This document shows positions 11,170 to 24,200 of a DNA stretch of 63,695 nucleotides, in pieces. Positions within the stretch are counted from its first letter, which is position 1. Each line of letters opens with the position of its first letter. Under the pieces are notes generated by a model, which was not told where the DNA came from, ran no database searches, and was given only the letters and a program-made list of their open reading frames with translations. The stretch is from Octopus bimaculoides (lineage: Eukaryota). The stretch lies in NCBI RefSeq assembly GCF_001194135.2, contig NC_068994.1, positions 38,640,752 through 38,704,446 of the forward strand, read 5' to 3'. The position numbers and the translations under genes were made by a program.

Positions 11170-12972
11170 GTGAATCGTTGCATTCAATTTATTAAAACAA
11201 ATTATCTGTACAAAATCTTTACATATTCTCTCCTAAACAGTTCTCATGTAAATCATATATCTCAGAGGGGTGCTTCAGCAAATTTATTGATATACAATTA
11301 AAGGCAATTCTCTGCTTAATCAGCATTCTGCTAGTGTAGTATTCCATAAAAGTACATAGAGTTGTTCAACTGCTTTTTTGTTATTTTTTATTTTATCAAT
11401 ATTATTACTTTTACTTTTTTTTTTTTTTTCTTTTTCTTCTTTTTGGAAAGTTCTTCAGTTATATTTCTGATGTTATAAAAGATTTCAGAGAATGATTTTA
11501 CTGAAAGCTACTGAATTACAGAATGCGAGAAAATTACAAATTTTTTCTTTTTCTTTTTTTTTTTTTTTNNNNNNNNNNNNNNNNNNNNNNNNNNNNNNNN
11601 NNNNNNNNNNNNNNNNNNNNNNNNNNNNNNNNNNNNNNNNNNNNNNNNNNNNNNNNNNNNNNNNNNNNNNNNNNNNNNNNNNNNNNNNNNNNNNNNNNNN
11701 NNNNNNNNNNNNNNNNNNNNNNNNNNNNNNNNNNNNNNNNNNNNNNNNNNNNNNNNNNNNNNNNNNNNNNNNNNNNNTGAAGACAATATCATATATGATG
11801 AAGTTTGATCTTTGACTTACAGGTAAAGCATTTTGGTATAAAACAGAAGAATGAAATTCAACTCTAGTACATAACAGAAGTTAAGATATTATTAATTCAT
11901 TTGATGGTAAATGTTTGAAAGGAGAGAAAAAAATGTATGCATTGCATGTAATTCCAGCATTAGTCATTAAATTTTCCTGTCTGAGATTGGCATTCCCAAT
12001 GGCATTTTATACAGTACAAGTAACAGTCCTTAAAAAAAAAAAAAAATAAACAAACAGAAATAAATAAATATATAAACAGGATTAGGGAAATAAACCTCTG
12101 CTGACCTTAAACTCACAAATCAATTTGATAAAATGCCAAATAATTAGAGTCATCTGTACAAATCGTGTATTTCACAATTTAGAAAAGAAAAAAAAAATGC
12201 TTGTCACTGTGTAAATGGATGTCACTTTTTAACCCTGTGAATGAATGATGAATTATTTGTTAACCTGACCAAAGAATATTGAGGTATCTTCCAGAATCAA
12301 ATCAAATATCTTAATTTTCTGATTTTATGTGGCAGAAAAGAACTGACAATGTAATATGGCAACAGACCATATTTTTGGTTGTCTCCTAAAGATGATTTCA
12401 TTGTTGAATGGTTTATCAGTCAGATCCGATTCATGAACATCCATCCACAAAATAATGCATGCTATCCATCCATATTTCCTGCTCATCTGTCTTTTTTTAT
12501 AATTTTTTTGTTAATGTGTTGGCATAGAATTTATAACCTTCCAAAATTTAGCTTTTTGTTTAATTTATATTGTTGTTCACAAAGCCTTTTTTTTTATATT
12601 GGTAAAAATACTTCAGGAAATTTTGTTTGAATACTGCATTATTATCATAATAGATTTGGTAGTTTGTGTGACAGTTTTGTAATAAAGTAACAAAAGCGAA
12701 TGAAATGATGCAATCATAAAGAAGTACAATAATGTAAAGGACTTATGATAATGTAATGTGGATTACAGATTCTCTGAAACAGTATTTTTTAGAGTCAATG
12801 ATTATTTACACAAGGAAGTCCACTGATGTAAAAGATATTTTCTCTTTACTCAGATAAGGTGCAATTAGTCTTTGTCAGAATATGAAACGATGGAATATGA
12901 AATGTTATTTTGATGGAAAAATGTTGTAGAAAAAAATGTAAGTCAGTATTTAGTTTGTAAGTTTGTGTTATT
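11170..12972 (-). other. Probable 3' UTR of the minus-strand gene
   Basis: Follows the stop codon; free of the SINEs that fill both flanks; ends near a poly(A) signal; contains an N gap at 11569-11778. Confidence 0.5.
11188..11193 (-). promoter_or_regulatory. Candidate polyadenylation signal AATAAA
   Basis: AATAAA on the minus strand, followed about 35 nt later by a GU/U-rich element (gaattgttgattttttt); another AATAAA at 11288-11283. Confidence 0.45.
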
Positions 12973-13253
12973 TTATGAATGTGTTACCTTTGGTACTGCA
13001 GGTAAAGGTTTAGAGTAAGTTGTAAAGCTGTTTCCTGTAGGTAAATTCCATGACTGTGTTGTAATATGTGGAACTTCACTGCCTACTCTAAAAGATTTGA
13101 GATCGATAACATCCGTGCAGGGAGTCTTTGGAACAACATTAGAATGGCAGGAAGAACTGGTAGTAATGACTGCATTTGATGGTCGACTAAGCTTTCTTGA
13201 TAATATCTTCTTCTCCAGGCTTTGAGATTTTGCTAATTCACGAGGGCAAAATC
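12973..13253 (-). CDS. Terminal coding exon of an unidentified gene: (G)FCPRELAKSQSLEKKILSRKLSRPS...TYSKPLPAVPKVTHS*
   Basis: Acceptor ctgtatttctttttaaag, phase 1 matching the upstream exon, 92 further codons to TAA, S/T/P-rich non-repetitive sequence. Confidence 0.8.
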
Positions 13254-14011
13254 CTTTAAAAAGAAATACAGATAAAAAGAGATAAATGGTAATTAATGAA
13301 ACAACAAACATTTTAAGGTTGGTTTGAAAACAAATAACAGAATTGTAGTTTTATTAGTGTGCATATATAGGTAATAGAAAACAGTTTGCTGTCATTTGGT
13401 AACAGCTTCCTGAAGTACTGCATTGCTTACATAACCAGATTCTCTGATAGTTACATGCACATAAAATGTAAATATTCCTGGCATGTCGCTCATCACATTG
13501 ACACTAAAGTCTGTATCAGACTTTATTTTAAATTCAAGACCACACAGTTATAAAATGGCTACTATGTTGATTTGGTCACATCAAATTATTTGGTTGTTGT
13601 TGTTGTTTGACCCCATATCAGCCCATATCAAATAAACCTATACCTAGAACCATTCTATTTCAGTGTGAGACTGTGTATCTTGGGCTATGTTATCCAATGT
13701 ATCCTTCCATTAAAAAAAAAATTTAAGACAATAAAACTGTAATAATTACAATGGTTGAACTGTGATAATGGTATGTTTGTTATAGAGATTGTTATCCAAA
13801 TGTTTATATCTTAAAAACACAGGTTCCTCAAATAAGAGATTATCAAGTGTTAATTTTGGTGCTACACTGTGTTGTATGGCTAAGGTTGTTTGAGCGATAC
13901 TTAAGCCCCAATAATGAAGCTCTTCAGTTAGCATGTAGAAACATGTAATTAACTGAAAATATATATACATATGAAAGATAATGGTGATAATTCATCAGAT
14001 AAAATGTTAAT

Positions 14012-14140
14012 ACAGGGTGGCCCAGAAGTAACGAAGGGGTTTCAATGTTTAATAACTTTTTTAATAATTATTCAATTTTTATTTTATTTCCAATTTATAT
14101 AAAGAAGACCTTAAAATTTAAGCATGGAAAAATACACAAC
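14012..14140. mobile_element. Tc1/mariner terminal remnant
   Basis: TA-CAGGGTGGCCCAGAAGT resembles a Tc1/mariner end; no partner TIR found. Confidence 0.35.
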
Positions 14141-14235
14141 CAAACAGCAAACACATTGTGAAATTTTATTACCAAAACCAAGGACACACACACACATATA
14201 CAGATGTATATATGTGTATATATATATATATATAT

Positions 14236-14387
14236 CATCATCATCGTTTAACGTCCGCTTTCCATGCTAGCATGGGTTGGACGATTTGACTGAGGACTGG
14301 TGAAACCGGATGGCAACACCAGGCTCCAGTCTGATTTGGCAGAGTTTCTACAGCTGGATGCCCTTCCTAACGCCAACCACTCAGAGA
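14236..14387 (-). mobile_element. Family C retroposon 3' end with (GAT)n tail, cut off by a gap
   Basis: Sense ggttggcgttaggaagggcatccagctgtagaaactctgcc...gcggacgttaaacgatgatgatg. Confidence 0.8.
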
Positions 14388-14655
14388 NNNNNNNNNNTAT
14401 ATATATATATATATATATGCATGCCTCTGTGTGTGTGTATATATATATATAGAAATATATATATACAAAGAGAGAGAGAAACAGAGAGTGTGTGAGAGAG
14501 AGGGTGTGAAAGAGAGAGTTAGACAAAGAGTGAGAGGGAGAGAGGTTTTGAGTTTAGTTCATTTGTGCAACATCTTGGGCTATGTCTACTATAGCTCTGA
14601 GCCAACAATTGTCCTGTGAGTGAATTTGAATTTTGATAGACAGAAACTGCATGTT

Positions 14656-14687
<32 letters not shown>

Positions 14688-14900
14688 NNNNNNNNNNATA
14701 TATATATATATATATATATATTCATATATGCATGCACATGTGTCTTTGCATTTAAGTTTGTCCCCCACCATCCCACCAGCCACATGACAACTGTGTTGGC
14801 TTGTTTACATCTCTGCAGCTTAGTGGTTTGGTAAAAGAGACCAATAAAATAAATACCAGACATTTAAAAAAGTGGTGGGGGTCAATCTGTTCAGCTAAAC

Positions 14901-15197
14901 CAGTGGTTTCCAAACTATTTCAGTCTGCCACCCACTTGACACCCAGGAAACATTCCTGGCACCTTCACCCTAACTAACTATCACAAACATAGACTTCTTT
15001 CTAAAGCAAATTCAAAGCAACTGTATTTCACGAATAAAACTGAATCTAATGAACCCGTTATTTTGTTGTTTTTACCTGAATCACTACCCCATTATCACCC
15101 CACTTTTTACATGAATCACAACCCCATTATTGCCCTACTTTTCTTCAACTTTCCACAGCTCACAAAAGGTCAATACCACCCACTTTGGGAACCACTG
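14901..15197. mobile_element. hAT (Charlie/Buster-like) MITE inserted in a SINE B tail
   Basis: TIRs cagtggtttccaaa / tttgggaaccactg; perfect 8-bp TSD agctaaac at 14893-14900 and 15198-15205. Confidence 0.9.
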
Positions 15198-15880
15198 AGC
15201 TAAACCTTTTACGGTATTGCTCCAGCATGGTCACAGTCAATGATTGAATTAAATAAAAACCACAAATGGAATAAGATGAAATACAACCAACACTAGGGTT
15301 AACTAATTCTTGTACCAATGCATGTTGGCAGAGGGACAGAACTATATGTGACAGTGTAAAATTGTGAGATTGACTTATTAAGATAATTAACATAGTCATG
15401 TTTAATTAAGAGTGTCATGATTCAGGTCATGAGGTGGGTTGGGTAACTCTTTTTATTCTAACGTTTAAATCGATGAGACTTGATGATGCGTGAGTTGAGC
15501 TGGGACTAAGCAACAATACCATCCCCCCTCCTCTTCCTCCTNNNNNNNNNNNNNNNNNNNNNNNNNNNNNNNNNNNNNNNNNNNNNNNNNNNNNNNNNNN
15601 NNNNNNNNNNNNNNNNNNNNNNNNNNNNNNNNNNNNNNNNNNNNNNNNNNNNNNNNNNNNNNNNNNNNNNNNNNNNNNNNNNNNNNNNNNNNNNNNNNNN
15701 NNNNNNNNNNNNNNNNNNNNNNNNNNNNNNNNNNNNNNNNNNNNNNNNNNNNNNNNNNNNNNNNNNNNNNNNNNNNNNNNNNNNNNNNNNNNNNNNNNNN
15801 NNNNNNNNNNNNNNNNNNNNNNNNNNNNNNNNNNNNNNNNNNNNNNNNNNNNNNNNNNNNNNNNNNNNNNNNNNNNNNNN

Positions 15881-16630
15881 CCTCATCATCATCATCATCA
15901 TTGGCAAGCCCATGGGCTTTGAGGTTGATGATGGGGACATTAACGATCTCATCAAGGAACACTCAGGAGAGCTGATGACAGATGAACTCCTGCAGCTCCA
16001 GGAGTAGTAGCATTTGGGTGCAGTGGAAGAGATTGGTCTCCAGAGGAGGACAATGTAGCAGAGAAGGCTATCTCTATCAGTGACATCAAAGCAGTGTTGG
16101 CAAAGTGGCAGTATGTTTCTGAATTTATAGAAAAAGGATCATCCTGAAAAAGCATCTGCAGGTCGTGCAGCTGCTTTATTTAATGACACTGCTCTGGCAC
16201 ATTTTCGTAAGATTTTGAAAGCAGGACAAAGCAGACTTCTCTTCCTAGGTTTCTATTGAAACCACTTGCAAGTGTGACAAGTGAAGAAAGTGTGTTAAAA
16301 AAGCCTAAATTAAGTGAAGTGTGAGAGAAAACGCCAGAAATTGTTCTTCCTGAAGTCTTGATGGAAGGTGATGCTCCTTCCAAACAATAATTCTCCTCTT
16401 CCCAACTCCATTATCTTCCTTGCACACAAATTGATCCATCTTTAAGGTAATTCAATTAATAAAACTAGTTTGCATATTTCTTTTGCATTCTCTTTTATTA
16501 TGTATTTATAATTGCTATTTTCTTTGTAACTACACCTTTTCCATTTTAAAACCCATAAAAACTTATTTTAGGGTGGTTTTGGAGTGCTGGAATGGATTAA
16601 TTATATTTTAATTAATTCCAATGGGGAAAA
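15881..16630 (+). mobile_element. Tigger/pogo-like transposase 3' relic
   Basis: GKPMGFEVDDGDINDLIKEHSGELMTDELLQLQE and HPEKASAGRAAALFNDTALAHFRKILK; subterminal ggaatggattaat...aatggggaaaa; both ends lie in gaps. Confidence 0.7.
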
Positions 16631-17113
16631 NNNNNNNNNNNNNNNNNNNNNNNNNNNNNNNNNNNNNNNNNNNNNNNNNNNNNNNNNNNNNNNNNNNNNN
16701 NNNNNNNNNNNNNNNNNNNNNNNNNNNNNNNNNNNNNNNNNNNNNNNNNNNNNNNNNNNNNNNNNNNNNNNNNNNNNNNNNNNNNNNNNNNNNNNNNNNN
16801 NNNNNNNNNNNNNNNNNNNNNNNNNNNNNNNNNNNNNNNNNNNNNNNNNNNNNNNNNNNNNNNNNNNNNNNNNNNNNNNNNNNNNNNNNNNNNNNNNNNN
16901 NNNNNNNNNNNNNNNNNNNNNNNNNNNNNNNNNNNNNNNNNNNNNNNNNNNNNNNNNNNNNNNACATCATTATAAATGATTACTGCGTCATTTTTTTAAT
17001 TTCAGACTAAATAAATTCAGATTTATAAATTAAGTTAGAGATTAAAATACAATCATAACTCTCTACAAAGGAGGTGAAAGTAATACAGCTATATATATAT
17101 ATATATATATATA

Positions 17114-18193
17114 TGAGGTAGTATCAAAAAGTTCCAGTTCTAACTTATTTAGCTAAGTTTTAACATCATCTCCTTTGAAACAGTCTCCTTGCATAGCAAT
17201 ACATTTGTCCCAGAGTTCCTGCCATGTTTGGAATCCAGCCTGGAAGTCGTTTTTCCATATAAGCAAGTCAAGGACCTCCTGTAATTCACTCTGGATCTTG
17301 ACAATGATGTTAAAACAGTAACTTTTGAGCTGCATATTTATCTTGGGAAGGAGATGGAAGTCCACAGGTGCTAAATCTGGCAAATAGGGTGGGTGCAGAA
17401 GCAATGCCTTGTTGTTTTTGGTGAGAAATGCATGAGTGAGGAGAGCTTGGTGACAGGTTGCATTGTCATCAGGAAGAATTCAATTCTTCGAGCCACACAG
17501 ATTCATTTACTTTCACCAAATATCCTCCCTCAAATGTTCCAAAACATCACAGTAGAACTCTCAATCGACAGTCTGGCCCTGGGGTGTGAATTCTCAATGC
17601 ACAATACCACATTTCTGGGAGATGACATTCATAACAGGTCTTCCAGATCGCTCATCATCTTTCAGGGACGTTCTTCCATTTCTGAAGTGCCCATGCCACT
17701 CAAAACATTGCATACAACCCATTGCCTTGTCACTATAAGCTTACCAAAGTATGCTCAATGTCTCTGTAGCAGACTTTCCTAGATTAATAAAAAAATTCAT
17801 GTTGGCTCTTTATTCCTGTGCATGACAAAATCTCAGACTACAGCATACATTTGATCATTGTTATATTGCAATACTACACAGTGGCTGTGTGAGCTATGAA
17901 ATCCTTTTTGCCACCGTTATATCGCACGTTCGGATGACCTCTACTCAACTACCCTGACGTCTAGACTTCTCCCTCTATATCTACGTATTGGACTAGCCTA
18001 CTTCATCGTCTGGGGACGTCGACACAACACTCAAGAAAACACAAATTTCACAACCTGTGAAGTAAACACAGCAATGTCACTTGGCACACTGCCTCATGAA
18101 GATCACTGCTAGTTCTCACTGTGCACACAACTGTGTGCTGCCATGTATTGGTGCACTACAGAACTAGTCCAGGAACTTTTTGATACCAACTCG
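17114..18193 (-). mobile_element. Internally deleted mariner element with both TIRs
   Basis: TIR core gtatcaaaaagttcc at both ends; N-terminal FEWHGHFRNGRTSLKDDERSGRP joined to catalytic GIVH*EFTPQGQTV and HPPYLPDLAPVDFHLL; several stops. Confidence 0.9.
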
Positions 18194-18202
18194 TGTGTGT
18201 GC

Positions 18203-18289
<87 letters not shown>

Positions 18290-18519
18290 GTGTCTGTGTT
18301 TGTCCCCCAACACTAATTGACCAGGCTTCAAAAAATTAGCACTGGGGTTGATTCATTTGACTAAAATTCTTCATGTCCCAGCATGGCCACAGTCTAATGA
18401 CTGAGACAAGTAAAAGATAGCTCTTCGTGTAGAGTGTTCAAATACCATGGCTGCCTGTTTAGATGGCAGACTTAATCTGTTGCCTGGTTTAACTTTACAA
18501 CTTAGCATCTTGGCATTTT

Positions 18520-18640
18520 TAGTGGAATCCACTCTCTTGTAAGCACTGAGGTCAGGTCTTCAGTTTGAGAATGCTTTTCTTCTTCCTTCACACGAATCTC
18601 AGAGGTCTTGCAAATGGCCATAGGCATTACCCTCCTCAAC
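18520..18640 (-). mobile_element. Possible RTE LINE 3' relic
   Basis: Frameshifted ...ICKTS..EGRRKAF.KLK.DL pattern; weak. Confidence 0.3.
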
Positions 18641-19864
18641 TGACTAAAAGATATTAAAAAAAAAACAACATCACTTAACATCTTTCTTTTTTCTATTTTA
18701 AGACAGTATAGTGTATTTTAAGATTTTGGCTGTTATTTCTAGAATGCTGAGCAGCTGCAAAACGACACCCCTCATCAAAATAGCTTGGTAAATTGTTGCA
18801 TGTAGAATTAAATGTTCTGACCAGGAACACAATGAAGTATTATTCAAACCAGATATAAAATCACCAACTATGAGCTAATAGTTCAATATATTTTTCACTC
18901 TGCTACTTCACCTCTATATTTGTGTAGACTAACCTCCCAGTATTGATTATTGGGTTCTTTATAATTTGGAAAGAATTTTTAATTAGCGATATGCTGTATT
19001 CTTAAAGAATATCATGGTAACATTGATTACATTCTATTATTCTACATTATATGATGGTATATTATGTTATATTCTATTATATTTTGTTATATTATACAAT
19101 ATCGTATTAATAAATGGATCTAATAGTGAAGTGCTAATTTACTGGAGAACTGAGTCAGTGAACTAGATTCCATATTTAGTTCATGCCACTTGACTTCATA
19201 AATAAGGCCTGAAGATCACATTTTCTCAATTTTCTTCATTCTTGAAAATAATTCAGTTTTGGTAAAAAGCTATTATATTTTATAAAAAAAAAAAAAAATA
19301 ATAATGACAAAAATTCAAAACTTTGCATTATGGATAACAATACCATTTCAAAATAATTTTTCCATGTTAGCAGAAATGGAATACTTTTTCATTTTGGAAA
19401 ATTAGAAGCGGGTTCATAAATATATAATTATGTGATTATAATTTTGTTTATTGTATAGTTAAGAAGTCTGCTTTGTAACCATGTATGTTAAGAAGTCTGC
19501 TTTGTAACCATTGTATGGATCCTTAGCCAGTAGTGTTTTCAGAGTAGATATCACTTTCAGGAAGGGCAATTTTGCTTAAAAATATAAATTTTGCTTAAAA
19601 ATATAAAAATCTTTCAGTGTCATAATTTCTGTTTTAGGGAAATGTAGAGATACTAATAAAATATTAAGGGGAGAAAAAAAAATTGCCCCTTTCTGCTCCA
19701 TGAAGCAGTAATAGCAATTCCAGAATTCCACCCTTTGGCCAAGTGTCTCCTACAAGAGGTTTAGGCATAGTGAAGTTGATAGACAAAAACTGTTTTATAC
19801 ATACATATATACACACATACATACATGTATATATATTTATATATATATATATATGTACATACTT

Positions 19865-20082
19865 TTATTCTTTAATTATTTTATTTGTTTTAGTCATTTG
19901 ACAGTGACCATGCTGGCTGGAGCACTGCCTTTAGTCGAACAAATCGATCCCAAGACATATTCTTTGTAAGCCCAGTATTTATTCTACTGGTCTGTTTTGC
20001 TGAACTGCTAAGTTACAGGTGCGTAAGTGTACCAACATCAGTTGTTAAGTGATGGTAGAGGACAAACAGAGACACACAAACA

Positions 20083-20148
<66 letters not shown>

Positions 20149-20555
20149 AATAAATACGATGGGTTTCTTTCAGTTTCCATCTACCAAATCCACTCACAAG
20201 GCTTTGGTTTGCCCGAGGGTATAGTAGTATAGTAGAAGACACTTGCTCGAGGTGCCACGCAGTAAGACTGAACTCAGAACCATGTGGTTGGGAAGCAAAC
20301 TTCTTATTTCTTTATTGCCCACAAGGGGCTAAACATAGAGGGGACAAACAAAGGGATTAAGTTGATTACATCGACCCCAGTGCGTAACTGGTACTTAATT
20401 TATCGACCCCGAAAGGATGAAAGGCAAAGTGGACCTCGGCGGAATTTGAACTCAGAACGTAACGGCAGACGAAATACCGCTGAGCATTTCGCCTGACGTG
20501 CTAACGTTTCTGCCAGCTCGCCGGGAAGCAAACTTCTTACCACACAACTATGCCT
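19865..20555 (-). mobile_element. SINE B with a young SINE A (20307-20522) nested in its tRNA head
   Basis: 17-bp TSD gggaagcaaacttctta at 20290-20306 and 20523-20539; the inserted copy keeps its CpGs. Confidence 0.9.
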
Positions 20556-21267
20556 ACATCTATATATACATGCACACACACACACAAACATATGTATGTA
20601 TGTATGTATATATGTGTGTATGTATTTGTATAAGTATGTATGTATATATCTCTGTGTGTGTACATATATGTATGTATGTGTGTGTGTATGCATGCATACT
20701 TGTATGTAGAAAAATGTGCATATATATGTGTGTGTATGTGTGTGTTTGCATGTGTCTGTTTCTATATGTATCTTACATTTGAAACCCCATGCCATGCAAA
20801 ATGGTTTCTATGTTTATGTACTGTAACTTAAGATAAATATAAATCTCTAAGATAAATACTGGACTAAAACCTTTCGAGACAGTGCTGCAGCATGTCCACA
20901 TTCAAATGACTGAAATAAGAAAAAGACTATTTACTTCATGGAAACTGAAAGCATTTTGCATATCTACTAATTGATAAGTATTTTATTCCTGGATGTTTAC
21001 ATAGCACTGGAAATTTAAGCAAGAATATTTATTTATGATATTTAATATTTTCTGTAATCCAATTCCAATTCTGTTCAATGTTTATCAGCTATTTCGTTTA
21101 TTATCTGATTAATTTATATACTTAAATTAAGTAATAAAAAATTCCTAGTTTGAATTCTGTCAAGTTAGTCTTATGTTCTGAGCTGAAATCCTGTCAAGAG
21201 CAACTTAAGGTCTCTGGGGCTGTCAAAATTAAGAAGTGATAGGCACTGATGTCACATATGTAGGTGC

Positions 21268-21460
21268 AAGCATGGCTGTATGATAAGAAGTTTGCTTTCC
21301 AACCACACTGTCCTGGGTTCAGTCCCACTGCATGGCAGTTTGGGCAGGTGACTTCTACTATAGTCTCAGGCTGGCCAAAGCCTTTTGAGTGGATTTGGTG
21401 GACAAAAACTGAAAGAAGCCTATTGTACATACATACATACAGATAGATAGATGGATATAG

Positions 21461-21491
<31 letters not shown>

Positions 21492-21730
21492 TATATATGT
21501 GTGTGTGTTTTCCTTTGCATTTGTGTTTGTCCCCCCACCACCACCACTTGACAACCAGTGTTCCTGTGTTTACGTCCCTGTAATTTAGTGGTTTGATAAA
21601 AGAAACTGATAGAATAAATATCAGGCTTAAAAAAATAATTAGTACTGAGGTTGATTGATTAGTTTGTGACTAATCCTCAAAGCAATGCCTCAGCATGGCC
21701 ACAGTCTAATGACTGAAACAAATAAAAGAT
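21268..21730 (+). mobile_element. SINE family B copy
   Basis: Head, core and tail are recognisable. Confidence 0.8.
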
Positions 21731-22479
21731 ATATTCCTCTAAAAACATCTTAGATATAAACTGAATTATAATAAAAGACCAAGACTAACTTCTCTTTTCA
21801 CCCTTCTGGTTGTCAATAAAAGAAAGCATTATTCAAGAACTGAAGTCAATTTAACATTCCTATAAAACACCTTGGACATGAATGGATGATTAAGACTAAG
21901 ATTAAGACTAAGTCTAAAACTAAGAATAAGACTAAGTCTAAGACATCATTCTTCTGGAAAAAAAAAATAAAGTACCTGTCAAATATTTGGGGACACTAAT
22001 AATTGGCTTTACTATCTCTTAAAAATGTATGGCTTTGTGTTAATGTAAGCAATTAACATTATAGCAATTTATTTGAACCAATTTATTTATAATTGTTATT
22101 TTAATTGTTGTTAACATTTAGCTCCAAGTTAGCTCTGTTAGCAGCAGAACTATAATCAAAGGCATTCCAGTTGAGACCATCCTTGCCTCTTTCTCTGTCA
22201 AGGACTACATTATCTAATGTCCTTGTTTTTTTAAGATGGTAGGTATGAATTGAGGAAATTTAGCAGCTATTTCTAGCAGGTCAAGTAACCATACAGAAGC
22301 TTCCTGATGGGCTTGTGCCATCCCAATACAAATGGACATAAGTTCAGATTTTTCCAGTGTTTCTTGGGTTTTAACCTTGTGAAAGACACCTGACTACTTT
22401 CTCCAGTTTGGATCCTTTCCAGAGCTCAATTTTTCGAATCCCAAAGAATTCCCTCAATACATGACTATGGCTATGATGC

Positions 22480-22760
22480 TCCCTGATACTCCTGTTCATG
22501 ATCAGAGATGCACATATCGTCAGCCACTAAGGGACATGCTCAACTAGTTACAGTCAAACAACTGACAAGCAAATCTGTGGTTCTGAGCAGAATATTTACT
22601 GTAGCTCATTTTTTACACCAAGGCAAAATATGTACATGATAACACTTGCAATCAGCTAAGATCAGAAACCATGGGAGCCACTGCCTGATATTGCATCAAA
22701 GCATGCTCTGCAACTACTCCTGTTCATGATCAGAGATGCACATACTGTCAACCACTAAGT
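22480..22760. repeat. Interspersed repeat fragment with a ~45-bp direct repeat (22487-22530 and 22716-22760)
   Basis: tactcctgttcatgatcagagatgcacata..gtca.ccactaag occurs twice about 229 bp apart. Confidence 0.6.
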
Positions 22761-23629
22761 GACATTACTATTATATAAAAATACATATTTTGTCTATTAT
22801 CATTTCCTTCATTACCATATATTAACTGTTATATCTTTTTTCATCATTTTACTATTATTAAAAATGTTTTATAAAACAATAAATAAAATAATATTAGTAT
22901 GAATATACTAAAAAACTAATATATGAAAATAACAAAACAGAAATTAAAATAAAATCATTAATTCAATATAATATAAGAAATATGAAATGAAATATAATTT
23001 TTAAAATATTTTTTATTTATTATTTTATAATAGTTTGTTTATTATAAGAATAATTTAATTATTTACATAAATAATTTATTCATTATTCAATCAATAAAAT
23101 TGTAATTAATTAATTATTTTATTTATCTCACACCAGTGAGATTAACTAAGTCAAATTATTGATATTTATTTCTTAATTAGATGAATGAACCAATCTCTAA
23201 TTAACCCACTTGACTTCACAGAGAGAAAGAAATGGGAAGTACGGTGTGTTGTCTTTCTTAAGATCATCAAAAAAGTGAAACAGCTTTGATTAGTAAGCAA
23301 TACCAAGATGCATGTTTAGTATGCCAGAGAGTTGCTTTTTACTACACATGGTACATATTACCCATAAAAGATAACATGCACCAGTTCTAATCTCTAAATT
23401 TCTTTAAACAGATGAAAGATAACCTTCTCACTAATGATTGCAGGCATGGCTTAAAGGTTAAGAAGTCCACTTTGCAACTATATTTCTTTGGTTTGACTAT
23501 GCTTTCAACAAAGTTTCTGTGTAAAATTTGGCAGAGAAAAATTGTTGAAGCTTGTAGAAGGGTGATTCTTGTTTTTAGATTTTAGATTTAATCTACTACC
23601 TACTTTAACACCCTCACCTTGTGCTTGAT

Positions 23630-24200
23630 GCATGATCTTATACAGAATTTAACTCTAATACAGATTGAATATTTTAATGCAAAATTTATAATCTTGTTCA
23701 GAATTATACTTTTTACAAATTTGTAGCTTTTTACAGAATTTGTACTCTTATATAGAAATGTGCTCTGATGTAGAAATATATAGTTAGACAGAATTATATT
23801 CTTACACTCAATTTTTTTACTCTTATACAGAATAACATTTTATATAGAAATATAACTGGCATGCCATTGATTACGCTGTTGTGGGTTCTAGCTGATCTGA
23901 TCAAAGGAACAGCCTGCTCATGAAATTAATGTGAAAGTGACTGAGCATTCCACAGACACTCATACCCTTAACATAGCTGTCAGGAAGATCCAGTATGATA
24001 CAGAATATGATAGGGTTGGCCTTTTGAAATACAGGTACAACTCAATTTTGCCAGCTGCAATATAATTTTATACAGAATATATGTATTTATACAAAATCTA
24101 TACTCTTACACAGGAAGTGTACTCTTATAAAGAATTATATATGCTATTACTCCTATTTTTTATTTTTATATATAGAATTATAATCTGATATGGAATTTAC
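23630..24200. repeat. Degenerate ~20-bp AT-rich minisatellite (acagaatttatactcttat-like) interrupted by a SINE-like family G copy (about 23870-24060)
   Basis: Recurrent motif; the family G core ctgatctgatcaa.ggaacagcctgctc.tgaaattaa also occurs at about 49455-49550 and reversed at about 50960-51130 and 59150-59310. Confidence 0.6.

Noticed and set aside
12379-12630. Plus-strand ORF within the putative 3' UTR
   Set aside because: No polypyrimidine acceptor or donor in frame, and no recognisable motif.
13746-13970. Minus-strand ORF just upstream of the terminal exon
   Set aside because: No donor in a compatible phase; it ends in a stop with no supporting features.
17393-17782. 129-aa plus-strand ORF
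   Set aside because: It is the antisense frame of the mariner transposase relic.
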